DNA of 64,000 nt. Origin: Auanema rhodensis (Eukaryota; Animalia; Nematoda). This document shows, piece after piece, positions 1-15,000 of this stretch. Location: the NCBI GenBank assembly GCA_964057225.1, contig OZ059895.1, positions 9,982,001-10,046,000 of the forward strand, in the 5' to 3' direction. Every line of letters begins with the position of its first letter. Within the stretch, counting starts at the first letter, position 1. The position numbers were made by a program, and so were the translations under genes. The notes beneath the pieces are model-generated. The model saw only the letters and a program-made list of their open reading frames with translations. It ran no database searches and had not been told where the DNA came from.

Positions 1-3000
1 TTCAAGCAGTTTTACTTAGATAGCTCAACCAAAGGAGAGCAAATTATCTTCAATCTTTTTTTTATATTACAGTTATAAACCAGTAGTTATTAAACCTTCA
101 TCTTAACTTTCCTGTTTCTATCTATTTCCTATCAAAACAAACATTATTTAAACATTATGCAACTATGAAACCTTTTTTAATTTATTGTATTTGAAGCTCA
201 TAAGAATTGATATCATTGAGGGATCCAGATGAAACGTGGAAAATTACATAACTAACATGAAATTGGAGAAAAAACTATAACAAGGATGAGTAGGTAAACC
301 ATTGAATATCAGATATTTTCGCTTACGACTATACCACGTTAAAAGTACGCCATACAGCTGATTTTCAAATTTATCTCTTCCGTAACAAATGTTTTCAATT
401 TTCAAGCACTTTTACTTGGATAGCTCAACCAAAGGAAAGCAAATTATCTTCAATTTTATTTCTATATTACAGTTATAAACCAGTAGGTAATGAAAATTCA
501 TCTTGAATTTACTGTTTCTATCTATTTCCTATCAGAACAAACATTGTTTAAACACTATGCAACTATGAAACCTTTCTTAATTTATTGTATTTGGAGCTCA
601 TAAGATTTGATATCATTGAGGGATACAGATGAAACGTGGAAAATTACATAACTAACATGAAATTAGAAAAAAAAACTATAACGGGGATGAGTATGTTAAC
701 CATTGAATATCAGATATTTTCGCTTACGACCATACCACGTTGAAAGTACGCCATACAGCTGATTTTCAATTTTATCTCTTCCGTAACAAATGTTTTCAAT
801 TTTCAAGCAGTTTTACTTAGATAGCTCAACCAAAGGAGAGCAAATTATCTTCAATCTTTTTTTTATATTACAGTTATAAACCAGTAGTTATTAAACCTTC
901 ATCTTAACTTTCCTGTTTCTATCTATTTCCTATCAAAACAAACATTATTTAAACATTATGCAACTATGAAACCTTTTTTAATTTATTGTATTTGAAGCTC
1001 ATAAGAATTGATATCATTGAGGGATCCAGATGAAACGTGGAAAATTACATAACTAACATGAAATTGGAGAAAAAACTATAACAAGGATAAGTAGGTAAAC
1101 CATTGAATATCAGATATTTTCGCTTACGACTATACCACGTTAAAAGAACGCCATACAGCTGATTTTCAAATTTATCTCTTCCGTAACAAATGTTTTCAAT
1201 TTTCAAGCACTTTTACTTGGATAGCTCAACCAAAGGAAAGCAAATTATCTTCAATTTTATTTCTATATTACAGTTATAAACCAGTAGGTAATGAACCTTC
1301 ATCTTGACTTTACTGTTTCTATCCATTTCCTATCGAAACAAACATTATTTAAACATTATGCAACTATGAAACCTTTTTTTATTTATTGTATTTGGAGCTC
1401 ATAAAATTTGATATCATCGAGGGATCCAGATGGAACGTGGAAAATTACATAACTAACATGAAATTGGAAAAAAAACTATAACGGGGATAAGTATGTTAAC
1501 GATTGAATATCAGATATTTTCGCTTACGACCATACCACCTTGAAAGTACGCCATGCAACTGATTTTCAAATTTATCTCTTCCGTAACAAATGTTTTCAAT
1601 TTTCAAGCACTTTTACTTGGATAGCTCAACCAAAGGAAAGCAAATTATCTTCAATTTTATTTCTATATTACAGTTATAAACCAGTAGGTAATGAACCTTC
1701 ATCTTAACTTTCCTGTTTCTATCTATTTCCTATCAAAACAAACATTATTTAAACATTATGCAACTATGAAACCTTTTTTTATTTATTGTATTTGGAGCTC
1801 ATAAAATTTGATATCATCGAGGGATCCAGATGGAACGTGGAAAATTACATAACTAACATGAAATTGGAAAAAAAACTATAACGGGGATAAGTATGTTAAC
1901 GATTGAATATCAGATATTTTCGCTTACGACCATACCACCTTGAAAGTACGCCATGCAACTGATTTTCAATTTTATCTTTTCCGTAACAAATGTTTTCAAT
2001 TTTCAAACAGTTTTACTTAGATAGCTCAACCAAGGGAAAGCAAATTATCTTCAATTTTATTTCTATATTACAGTTATAAACCAGTAGGTAATGAACCTTC
2101 ATCTTGACTTTACTGTTTCTATCCATTTCCTATCGAAACAAACATTGTTCAAACACTATGCAACTATGAAACCTTTTTTAATTTATTGTATTTGGAGCTC
2201 ATAAGATTTGATATCATCGAGGGATCCAGATGGAAGGTGGAAAATTACATAACTAACATGAAATTGGAAAAAAAACCATAACGGGGAAAAGTATGTTAAC
2301 GATTGAATATCAGATATTTGCGCTTACGACCATACCACGTTAAAAGTACGCCATACAGCTGATTTTCAATTTTATCTCTTCCGTAACAAATCTTTTCAAT
2401 TTTCAAGCAGTTTTACTTAGATAGCTCAACCAAAGGAAAGCAAATTATCTTCAATTTTATTTCTATATTACAGTTATAAACCAGTAGGTAATGAAACCTT
2501 CATCTTGAATTTACTGTTTCTATCTATTTCCTATCAAAACAAACATTGTTCAAACACTATGCAACTATGAAACCTTTTTTAATTTATTGTATTTGAGCTC
2601 ATAAAATTTGATATCATCGAGAAATCCAGATGGAACGTGGAAAATTACATAACTAACATGAAATTGGAAAAAAAAGTATAACAAGGATAAATAGGTAAAC
2701 CATTGAATATCAGATATTTTCTCTTACGACCATACCACGTTGAAAGTACGCCATGCAACTGATTTTCAATTTTATCTTTTCCGTAACAAATGTTTTCAAT
2801 TTTCAAGCACTTTTACTTAGATAGCTCAACCAAAGCAAAGCAAATTATCTTCAATTTTATTTCTATATTACAGTTATAAACCAGTAGTTAATGAAAATTC
2901 ATCTTGAATTTACTGTTTCTATCTATTTCCTATCAAAACAAACATTGTTTAAACACTATGCAACTATGAAACCTTTCTTAATTTATTGTATTTGGAGCTC

Positions 3001-6000
3001 ATAAGATTTGATATCATTGAGGGATACAGATGAAACGTGGAAAATTACATAACTAACATGAAATTAGAAAAAAAACTATAACGGGGATGAGTATGTTAAC
3101 CATTGAATATCAGATATTTTCGCTTACGACCATACCACGTTGAAAGTACGCCATACAGCTGATTTTCAATTTTATCTCTTCCGTAACAAATGTTTTCAAT
3201 TTTCAAGCAGTTTTACTTAGATAGCTCAACCAAAGGAGAGCAAATTATCTTCAATCTTTTTTTTATATTACAGTTATAAACCAGTAGTTATTAAACCTTC
3301 ATCTTACCTTTCCTGTTTCTATCTCATTCCTATCAAAACAAACATTATTTAAACATTATGCAACTATGAAACCTTTTTTAATTTATTGTATTTGGAGCTC
3401 ATAAGAATTGATATCATTGAGGGATACAGATGAAACGTGGAAAATTACATAACTAACATGAAATTGGAGAAAAAACTATAACAAGGATAAGTAGGTAAAC
3501 CATTGAATATCAGATATTTTCGCTCACGACTATACCACGTTAAAAGTACGCCATACAGCTGATTTTCAAATTTATCTCTTCCGTAACAAATGTTTTCAAT
3601 TTTCAAGCACTTTTACTTGGATAGCTCAACCAAAGGAAAGCAAATTATCTTCAATTTTAATTCTATATTACAGTTATAAACCAGTAGGTAATGAACCTTC
3701 ATCTTGACTTTACTGTTTCTATCCATTTCCTTTCGAAACAAACATTGTTTAAACACTATACTACTGTGAAACCTTTTTTTATTTATTGTATTTGGAGCTC
3801 ATAAAATTTGATATCATCGAGGGATCCAGATGGAAGCTGGAAAATTACATAACTAACATGAAATTGGAAAAAAAACTATAACGGGGATAAGTATGTTAAC
3901 GATTGAATATCAGATATTTTTGCTTACGACCATACCACCTTGAAAGTACGCCATACAGCTGATTTTCAAATTTATCTCTTTCGTAATAATGTTTTCAATT
4001 TTCAAGCACTTTTACTTGGATAGCTCAACCAAAGGAAAGCAAATTATCTTCAATTTTATTTCTATATTACAGTTATAAACCAGTAGGTAATGAACCTTCA
4101 TCTTGACTTTACTGTTTCTATCCATTTCCTTTCGAAACAAACATTGTTTAAACACTATACTACTGTGAAACCTTTTTTTATTTATTGTATTTGGAGCTCA
4201 TAAAATTTGATATCATCGAGGGATCCAGATGGAAGCTGGAAAATTACATAACTAACATGAAATTGGAAAAAAAACTATAACGGGGATAAGTATGTTAACG
4301 ATTGAATATCAGATATTTTTGCTTACGACCATACCACCTTGAAAGTACGCCATACAGCTGATTTTCAAATTTATCTCTTCCGTAACAAATGTTTTCAATT
4401 TTCAAGCACTTTTACTTGGATAGCTCAACCAAAGGAAAGCAAATTATCTTCAATTTTATTTCTATATTACAGTTATAAACCAGTAGGTAATCAACCTTCA
4501 TCTTGACTTTACTGTTTCCATCCATTTCCTTTCGAAACAAACATTGTTTAAACACTATACAACTGTGAAACCTTTTTTTATTTATTGTATTTGGAGCTCA
4601 TAAAATTTGATATCATCGAGGGATCCAGATGGAAGGTGGAAAATTACATAACTAACATGAAATTGGAAAAAAAACTATAACGGGGATAAGTATGTTAACG
4701 ATTGAATATCAGATATTTTCGCTTACGACCATATCACCTTGAAAGTACGCCATACAGCTGATTTTCAATTTTATCTCTTCCGTAACAAATGTTTTCAATT
4801 TTCAAGCAGTTTTACTTAGATAGCTCAACCAAAGGAGAGCAAATTATCTTCAATCTTTTTTTTATATTACAGTTATAAACCAGTAGTTATTAAACCTTCA
4901 TCTTAACTTTCCTGTTTCTATCTATTTCCTATCAAAACAAACATTATTTAAACATTATGCAACTATGAAACCTTTTTTAATTTATTGTATTTGAAGCTCA
5001 TAAGAATTGATATCATTGAGGGATACAGATGAAACGTGGAAAATTACATAACTAACATGAAATTAGAAAAAAAACTATAACGGGGATGAGTATGTTAACC
5101 ATTGAATATCAGATATTTTCGCTTACGACCATACCACGTTGAAAGTACGCCATACAGCTGATTTTCAATTTTATCTCTTCCGTAACAAATGTTTTCAATT
5201 TTCAAGCAGTTTTACTTAGATAGCTCAACCAAAGGAGAGCAAATTATCTTCAATCTTTTTTTTATATTACAGTTATAAACCAGTAGTTATTAAACCTTCA
5301 TCTTAACTTTCCTGTTTCTATCTATTTCCTATCAAAACAAACATTATTTAAACATTATGCAACTATGAAACCTTTTTTAATTTATTGTATTTGAAGCTCA
5401 TAAGAATTGATATCATTGAGGGATCCAGATGAAACGTGGAAAATTACATAACTAACATGAAATTGGAGAAAAAACTATAACAAGGATAAGTAGGTAAACC
5501 ATTGAATATCAGATATTTTCGCTTACGACTATACCACGTTAAAAGTACGCCATACAGCTGATTTTCAAATTTATCTCTTCCGTAACAAATGTTTTCAATT
5601 TTCAAGCACTTTTACTTGGATAGCTCAACCAAAGGAAAGCAAATTATCTTCAATTTTATTTCTATATTACAGTTATAAACCAGTAGGTAATGAACCTTTA
5701 TCTTGACTTTACTGTTTCTATCCATTTCCTTTCGAAACAAACATTGTTTAAACACTATACTACTGTGAAACCTTTTTTTATTTATTGTATTTGGAGCTCA
5801 TAAAATTTGATATCATCGAGGGATCCAGATGGAAGGTGGAAAATTACATAACTAACATGAAATTGGAAAAAAAACTATAACGGGGATAAGTATGTTAACG
5901 ATTGAATATCAGATATTTTCGCTTACGACCATACCACCTTGAAAGTACGCCATGCAACTGATTTTCAATTTTATCTTTTCCGTAACAAATGTTTTCAATT

Positions 6001-9000
6001 TTCAAACAGTTTTACTTAGATAGCTCAACCAAGGGAAAGCAAATTATCTTCAATTTTATTTCTATATTACAGTTATAAACCAGTAGGTAATGAACCTTCA
6101 TCTTGACTTTACTGTTTCTATCCATTTCCTATCGCAACAAACATTGTTCAAACACTATGCAACTATGAAACCTTTTTTAATTTATTGTATTTGGAGCTCA
6201 TAAGATTTGATATCATCGAGGGATCCAGATGGAAGGTGGAAAATTACATAACTAACATGAAATTGGAAAAAAAACCATAACGGGGATAAGTATGTTAACG
6301 ATTGAATATCAGATATTTGCGCTTACGACCATACCACGTTAAAAGTACGCCATACAGCTGATTTTCAATTTTATCTCTTCCGTAACAAATCTTTTCAATT
6401 TTCAAGCAGTTTTACTTAGATAGCTCAACCAAAGGAAAGCAAATTATTTTCAATTTTATTTCTATATTACAGTTATAAACCAGTAGGTAATGAAACCTTC
6501 ATCTTGAATTTACTGTTTCTATCTATTTCCTATCAAAACAAACATTGTTTGAACACTATGCAACTGTGAAACCTTTTTTAATTTATTGTATTTGGAGCTC
6601 ATAAAATTTGATATCATCGAGGGATCCAGATGGAACGTGGAAAATTACATAACTAACATGAAATTGGAAAAAAAAGTATAACAAGGATAAGTATGTTAAC
6701 GATTGAATATCAGATATTTTCGCTTACGACCATACCACGTTGAAAGTACGCCATACAGCTGATTTTCAAATTTATCTCTTCCGTAACAAATCTTTTCAAT
6801 TTTCAAGCAGTTTTACTTAGATAGCTCAACCAAAGGAAAGCAAATTATTTTCAATTTTATTTCTATATTACAGTTATAAACCAGTAGGTAATGAAACCTT
6901 CATCTTGAATTTACTGTTTCTATCTATTTCCTATCAAAACAAACATTGTTTGAACACTATGCAACTGTGAAACCTTTTTTAATTTATTGTATTTGGAGCT
7001 CATAAAATTTGATATCATCGAGGGATCCAGATGGAACGTGGAAAATTACATAACTAACATGAAATTGGAAAAAAAAGTATAACAAGGATAAGTATGTTAA
7101 CGATTGAATATCAGATATTTTCGCTTACGACCATACCACGTTGAAAGTACGCCATACAGCTGATTTTCAATTTTATCTTTTCCGTAACAAATGTTTTCAA
7201 TTTTCAAGCACTTTTACTTAGATAGCTCAACCAAAGGAAAGCAAATTATTTTCAATTTTATTTCTATATTACAGTTATAAACCAGTAGGTAATGAAACCT
7301 TCATCTTGAATTTACTGTTTCTATCCATTTCCTATCAAAACAAACATTGTTTAAACACTATGCAACTATGAAACCTTTCTTAATTTATTGTATTTGGAGC
7401 TCATAAGATTTGATATCATTGAGGGATACAGATGAAACGTGGAAAATTACATAACTAACATGAAATTAGAAAAAAAACTATAACGGGGATGAGTATGTTA
7501 ACCATTGAATATCAGATATTTTCGCTTACGACCATACCACGTTGAAAGTACGCCATACAGCTGATTTTCAATTTTATCTCTTCCGTAACAAATGTTTTCA
7601 ATTTTCAAGCAGTTTTACTTAGATAGCTCAACCAAAGGAGAGCAAATTATCTTCAATCTTTTTTTTATATTATAGTTATAAACCAGTAGTTATTAAACCT
7701 TCATCTTAACTTTCCTGTTTCTATCTATTTCCTATCAAAACAAACATTGTTTGAACACTATGCAACTGTGAAACCTTTTTTAATTTATTGTATTTGGAGC
7801 TCATAAAATTTGATATCATCGAGGGATCCAGATGGAACGTGGAAAATTACATAACTAACATGAAATTGGAAAAAAAAGTATAACAAGGATAAGTATGTTA
7901 ACGATTGAATATCAGATATTTTCGCTTACGACCATACCACGTTGAAAGTACGCCATACAGCTGATTTTCAATTTTATCTTTTCCGTAACAAATGTTTTCA
8001 ATTTTCAAGCACTTTTACTTAGATAGCTCAACCAAAGGAAAGCAAATTATCTTCAATTTTATTTCTATATTACAGTTATAAACCAGTAGGTAATGAAACC
8101 TTCATCTTGAATTTACTGTTTCTATCTATTTCCTATCAAAACAAACATTGTTCAAACACTATGCAACTATGAAACCTTTTTTAATTTATTGTATTTGAGC
8201 TCATAAAATTTGATATCATCGAGGGATCCAGATGGAACGTGGAAAATTACATAACTAACATGAAATTGGAAAAAAAAGTATAACAAGGATAAATAGGTAA
8301 ACCATTGAATATCAGATATTTTCTCTTACGACCATACCACGTTGAAAGTACGCCATGCAACTGATTTTCAATTTTATCTTTTCCGTAACAAATGTTTTCA
8401 ATTTTCAAGCACTTTTACTTAGATAGCTCAACCAAAGCAAAGCAAATTATCTTCAATTTTATTTCTATATTACAGTTATAAACCAGTAGTTAATGAAAAT
8501 TCATCTTGAATTTACTGTTTCTATCTATTTCCTATCAAAACAAACATTGTTTAAACACTATGCAACTATGAAACCTTTCTTAATTTATTGTATTTGGAGC
8601 TCATAAGATTTGATATCATTGAGGGATACAGATGAAACGTGGAAAATTACATAACTAACATGAAATTAGAAAAAAAACTATAACGGGGATGAGTATGTTA
8701 ACCATTGAATATCAGATATTTTCGCTTACGACCATACCACGTTGAAAGTACGCCATACAGCTGATTTTCAATTTTATCTCTTCCGTAACAAATGTTTTCA
8801 ATTTTCAAGCAGTTTTACTTAGATAGCTCAACCAAAGGAGAGCAAATTATCTTCAATCTTTTTTTTATATTACAGTTATAAACCAGTAGTTATTAAACCT
8901 TCATCTTAACTTTCCTGTTTCTATCTCATTCCTATCAAAACAAACATTATTTAAACATTATGCAACTATGAAACCTTTTTTAATTTATTGTATTTGGAGC

Positions 9001-12000
9001 TCATAAGAATTGATATCATTGAGGGATCCAGATGAAACGTGGAAAATTACATAACTAACATGAAATTGGAGAAAAAACTATAACAAGGATAAGTAGGTAA
9101 ACCATTGAATATCAGATATTTTCGCTCACGACTATACCACGTTAAAAGTACGCCATACAGCTGATTTTCAAATTTATCTCTTCCGTAACAAATGTTTTCA
9201 ATTTTCAAGCACTTTTACTTGGATAGCTCAACCAAAGGAAAGCAAATTATCTTCAATTTTATTTCTATATTACAGTTATAAACCAGTAGGTAATGAACCT
9301 TCATCTTGACTTTACTGTTTCTATCCATTTCCTTTCGAAACAAACATTGTTTAAACACTATACTACTGTGAAACCTTTTTTTATTTATTGTATTTGGAGC
9401 TCATAAAATTTGATATCATCGAGGGATCCAGATGGAAGCTGGAAAATTACATAACTAACATGAAATTGGAAAAAAAACTATAACGGGGATAAGTATGTTA
9501 ACGATTGAATATCAGATATTTTTGCTTACGACCATACCACCTTGAAAGTACGCCATATAGCTGATTTTCAAATTTATCTCTTCCGTAACAAATGTTTTCA
9601 ATTTTCAAGCACTTTTACTTGGATAGCTCAACCAAAGGAAAGCAAATTATCTTCAATTTTATTTCTATATTACAGTTATAAACCAGTAGGTAATGAACCT
9701 TCATCTTGACTTTACTGTTTCTATCCATTTCCTTTCGAAACAAACATTGTTTAAACACTATACTACTGTGAAACCTTTTTTTATTTATTGTATTTGGAGC
9801 TCATAAAATTTGATATCATCGAGGGATCCAGATGGAAGCTGGAAAATTACATAACTAACATGAAATTGGAAAAAAAACTATAACGGGGATAAGTATGTTA
9901 ACGATTGAATATCAGATATTTTTGCTTACGACCATACCACCTTGAAAGTACGCCATACAGCTGATTTTCAAATTTATCTCTTCCGTAACAAAAGTTTTCA
10001 ATTTTCAAGCACTTTTACTTGGATAGCTCAACCAAAGGAAAGCAAATTATCTTCAATTTTATTTCTATATTACAGTTATAAACCAGTAGGTAATGAACCT
10101 TCATCTTGACTTTACTGTTTCCATCCATTTCCTTTCGAAACAAACATTGTTTAAACACTATACAACTGTGAAACCTTTTTTTATTTATTGTATTTGGAGC
10201 TCATAAAATTTGATATCATCGAGGGATCCAGATGGAAGGTGGAAAATTACATAACTAACATGAAATTGGAAAAAAAACTATAACGGGGATAAGTATGTTA
10301 ACGATTGAATATCAGATATTTTCGCTTACGACCATATCACCTTGAAAGTACGCCATACAGCACAGTTATAAACCAGTAGGTAATGAACCTTCATCTTGAC
10401 TTTACTGTTTCTATCTATTTCCTATCAAAACAAACAGTGTTTAAACACTATGCAACTATAAAACCTTTTTTAATTTATTGTATTTGGAGCTCATAAGAAT
10501 TGATATCATTGAGGGATCCAGATGAAACGTGGAAAATTACATAACTAACATGAAATTGGAGAAAAAACTATAACAAAGATAAGCAGGTAAACCATTGAAT
10601 ATCAGATATTTTCGCTCACGACTATACCACGTTAAAAGTACGCCATACAGCTGATTTTCAATTTTATCTCTTCCGTAACAAATGTTTTTAATTTTCAAGC
10701 ACTTTTACTTGGATAGCTCAACCAAAGGAAAGCAAATTATCTTCAATTTTATTTCTATATTACAGTTGTAAACCAGTAGGTAATGAACCTTCATCTTGAC
10801 TTTACTGTTTCTATTCATTTCCTTTCGAAACAAACATTGTTTAAACACTATACTACTGTGAAACCTTTTTATATTTATTGTATTTGGAGCTCATAAAATT
10901 TGATATCATCGAGGGATCCAGATGGAAGGTGGAAAATTACATAACTAACATGAAATTGGAAAAAAAACTATAACGGGGATAAGTATGTTAACGATTGAAT
11001 ATCAGATATTTTCGCTTACGACTATACCACGTTAAAAGTACGCCATACAGCTGATTTTCAGATTTATCTCTTCCGTAACAAATGTTTTCAATTTTCAAGC
11101 ACTTTTACTTGGATAGCTCAACCAAAGGAAAGCAAATTATCTTCAATTTTATTTCTATATTACAGTTATAAACCAGTAGGTAATGAACCTTCATCTTGAC
11201 TTTACTGTTTCTATCCATTTCCTTTCGAAACAAACATTGTTTAAACACTATACTACTGTGAAACCTTTTTTTATTTATTGTATTTGGAGCTCATAAAATT
11301 TGATATCATCGAGGGATCCAGATGGAAGCTGGAAAATTACATAACTAACATGAAATTGGAAAAAAAACTATAACGGGGATAAGTATGTTAACGATTGAAT
11401 ATCAGATATTTTTGCTTACGACCATACCACCTTGAAAGTACGCCATATAGCTGATTTTCAAATTTATCTCTTCCGTAACAAATGTTTTCAATTTTCAAGC
11501 ACTTTTACTTGGATAGCTCAACCAAAGGAAAGCAAATTATCTTCAATTTTATTTCTATATTACAGTTATAAACCAGTAGGTAATGAACCTTCATCTTGAC
11601 TTTACTGTTTCTATCCATTTCCTTTCGAAACAAACATTGTTTAAACACTATACTACTGTGAAACCTTTTTTTATTTATTGTATTTGGAGCTCATAAAATT
11701 TGATATCATCGAGGGATCCAGATGGAAGCTGGAAAATTACATAACTAACATGAAATTGGAAAAAAAACTATAACGGGGATAAGTATGTTAACGATTGAAT
11801 ATCAGATATTTTTGCTTACGACCATACCACCTTGAAAGTACGCCATACAGCTGATTTTCAAATTTATCTCTTCCGTAACAAAAGTTTTCAATTTTCAAGC
11901 ACTTTTACTTGGATAGCTCAACCAAAGGAAAGCAAATTATCTTCAATTTTATTTCTATATTACAGTTATAAACCAGTAGGTAATGAACCTTCATCTTGAC

Positions 12001-15000
12001 TTTACTGTTTCCATCCATTTCCTTTCGAAACAAACATTGTTTAAACACTATACAACTGTGAAACCTTTTTTTATTTATTGTATTTGGAGCTCATAAAATT
12101 TGATATCATCGAGGGATCCAGATGGAAGGTGGAAAATTACATAACTAACATGAAATTGGAAAAAAAACTATAACGGGGATAAGTATGTTAACGATTGAAT
12201 ATCAGATATTTTCGCTTACGACCATATCACCTTGAAAGTACGCCATACAGCACAGTTATAAACCAGTAGGTAATGAACCTTCATCTTGACTTTACTGTTT
12301 CTATCTATTTCCTATCAAAACAAACAGTGTTTAAACACTATGCAACTATAAAACCTTTTTTAATTTATTGTATTTGGAGCTCATAAGAATTGATATCATT
12401 GAGGGATCCAGATGAAACGTGGAAAATTACATAACTAACATGAAATTGGAGAAAAAACTATAACAAAGATAAGCAGGTAAACCATTGAATATCAGATATT
12501 TTCGCTCACGACTATACCACGTTAAAAGTACGCCATACAGCTGATTTTCAATTTTATCTCTTCCGTAACAAATGTTTTTAATTTTCAAGCACTTTTACTT
12601 GGATAGCTCAACCAAAGGAAAGCAAATTATCTTCAATTTTATTTCTATATTACAGTTGTAAACCAGTAGGTAATGAACCTTCATCTTGACTTTACTGTTT
12701 CTATTCATTTCCTTTCGAAACAAACATTGTTTAAACACTATACTACTGTGAAACCTTTTTATATTTATTGTATTTGGAGCTCATAAAATTTGATATCATC
12801 GAGGGATCCAGATGGAAGGTGGAAAATTACATAACTAACATGAAATTGGAAAAAAAACTATAACGGGGATAAGTATGTTAACGATTGAATATCAGATATT
12901 TTCGCTTACGACCATACCACCTTGAAAGTACGCCATACAGCTGATTTTCAATTTTATCTCTTCCGTAACAAATGTTTTCAATTTTCAAGCAGTTTTACTT
13001 AGATAGCTCAACCAAAGGAGAGCAAATTATCTTCAATCTTATTTCTATATTAAAGTTATAAACCAGTAGTTATTGAACCTTCATCTTAACTTTACTGTTT
13101 CTATCTATTTCCTATCAAAACAAACATTATTTAAACATTATACAACTATGAAACCTTTTTTAATTTATTGTATTTGGAGCTCATAAGATTTGATATCATC
13201 GAGGGATCCAAATGGAACGTGGAAAATTACATAACTAACATGAAATTGGAAAAAAAACTATAACGGGGATAAGTATGTTAACGATTGAATATCAGATATT
13301 TTCGCTTACGACTATACCACGTTAAAAGTACGCCATACAGCTGATTTTCAGATTTATCTCTTCCGTAACAAATGTTTTCAATTTTCAAGCACTTTTACTT
13401 GGATAGCTCAACCAAAGGAAAGCAAATTATCTTCAATTTTATTTCTATATTACAGTTATAAACCAGTAGGTAATGAACCTTCAACCTTGACTTTACTGTT
13501 TCCATCCATTTCCTTTCGAAACAAACATTGTTTAAACACTATACAACTGTGAAACCTTTTTTTATTTATTGTATTTGGAGCTCATAAAATTTGATATCAT
13601 CGAGGGATCCAGATGGAAGGTGGAAAATTACATAACTAACATGAAATTGGAAAAAAAACTATAACGGGGATAAGTATGTTAACGATTGAATATCAGATAT
13701 TTTCGCTTACGACCATATCACCTTGAAAGTACGCCATACAGCTGATTTTCAATTTTTTCTCTTCCGTAACAAATGTTCTCAATTTTCAAGCAGTTTTACT
13801 TAGATAGCTCAACCAAAGGAGAGCAAATTATCTTCAATCTTATTTCTATATTAAAGTTATAAACCAGTAGTTATTGAACCTTCATCTTAACTTTACTGTT
13901 TCCATCTATTTCCTATCAAAACAAACATTATTTAAACATTATGCAACTATGAAACCTTTTTTAATTTATTGTATTTAGAGCTCATAACATTTAATATCAT
14001 CGAGGGATCCAAATGGAACGTGGAAAATTACATAACTAACATGAAATTGGAAAAAAAACTATAACGAGGATAAGTAGGTAAACCATTGAATATCAGATAT
14101 TTTGGCTTACGACCATACCACGTTAAAAGTACGCCATACAGCTGATTTTCAATTTTATCTCTTCCGTAACAAATGTTTTCAATTTTCAAGCAGTTTAATT
14201 TAGATAGCTCAACCAAAGAAGTGCCAAATATCTTCACTCTTATTTCCATATTACAGTCATAAACCAGTAGGTAATAAAACTTCATCTTGAATTTACTGTT
14301 TCTATCTATTTCCTATCGAAACAAACATTGTTTAAACACTATACAACTGTAAAACCTTTTTTAATTTATTGTATTTGAAGCTCATAAGATTTGATATCAT
14401 CGAGGGATCCAGATGGAAGGTGGAAAATTACATAACTAACATGAAATTGGAAAAAAAACCATAACGAGGATAAGTAGGTAAACCATTGAATATCAGATAT
14501 TTTCTCTTACGACCATACCACGTTGAAAGTACGCCATACAGCTGATTTTCAATTTTATCTCTTCCGTAACAAATGTTTTCAATTTTCAAGCAGTTTTACT
14601 TAGATAGCTCAACCAAAGGAGAGCAAATTATCTTCAATCTTTTTTTTATATTACAGTTATAAACCAGTAGTTATTAAACCTTCATCTTAACTTTCCTGTT
14701 TCTATCTATTTCCTATCAAAACAAACATTATTTAAACATTATGCAACTATGAAACCTTTTTTAATTTATTGTATTTGAAGCTCATAAGAATTGATATCAT
14801 TGAGGGATCCAGATGAAACGTGGAAAATTACATAACTAACATGAAATTGGAGAAAAAACTATAACAAGGATGAGTAGGTAAACCATTGAATATCAGATAT
14901 TTTCGCTTACGACTATACCACGTTAAAAGTACGCGATACAGCTGATTTTCAAATTTATCTCTTCCGTAACAAATGTTTTCAATTTTCAAGCACTTTTACT

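Noticed and set aside
76-97. Spliced-leader (SL1) gene linked to 5S; minus strand GGTTTAATAACTACTGG resembles the SL start
   Set aside because: Only the first ~8 nt match in one variant. No GGTTTAATTACCCAAGTTTGAG, donor GT or convincing Sm site was found. A covariance-model search would settle it.
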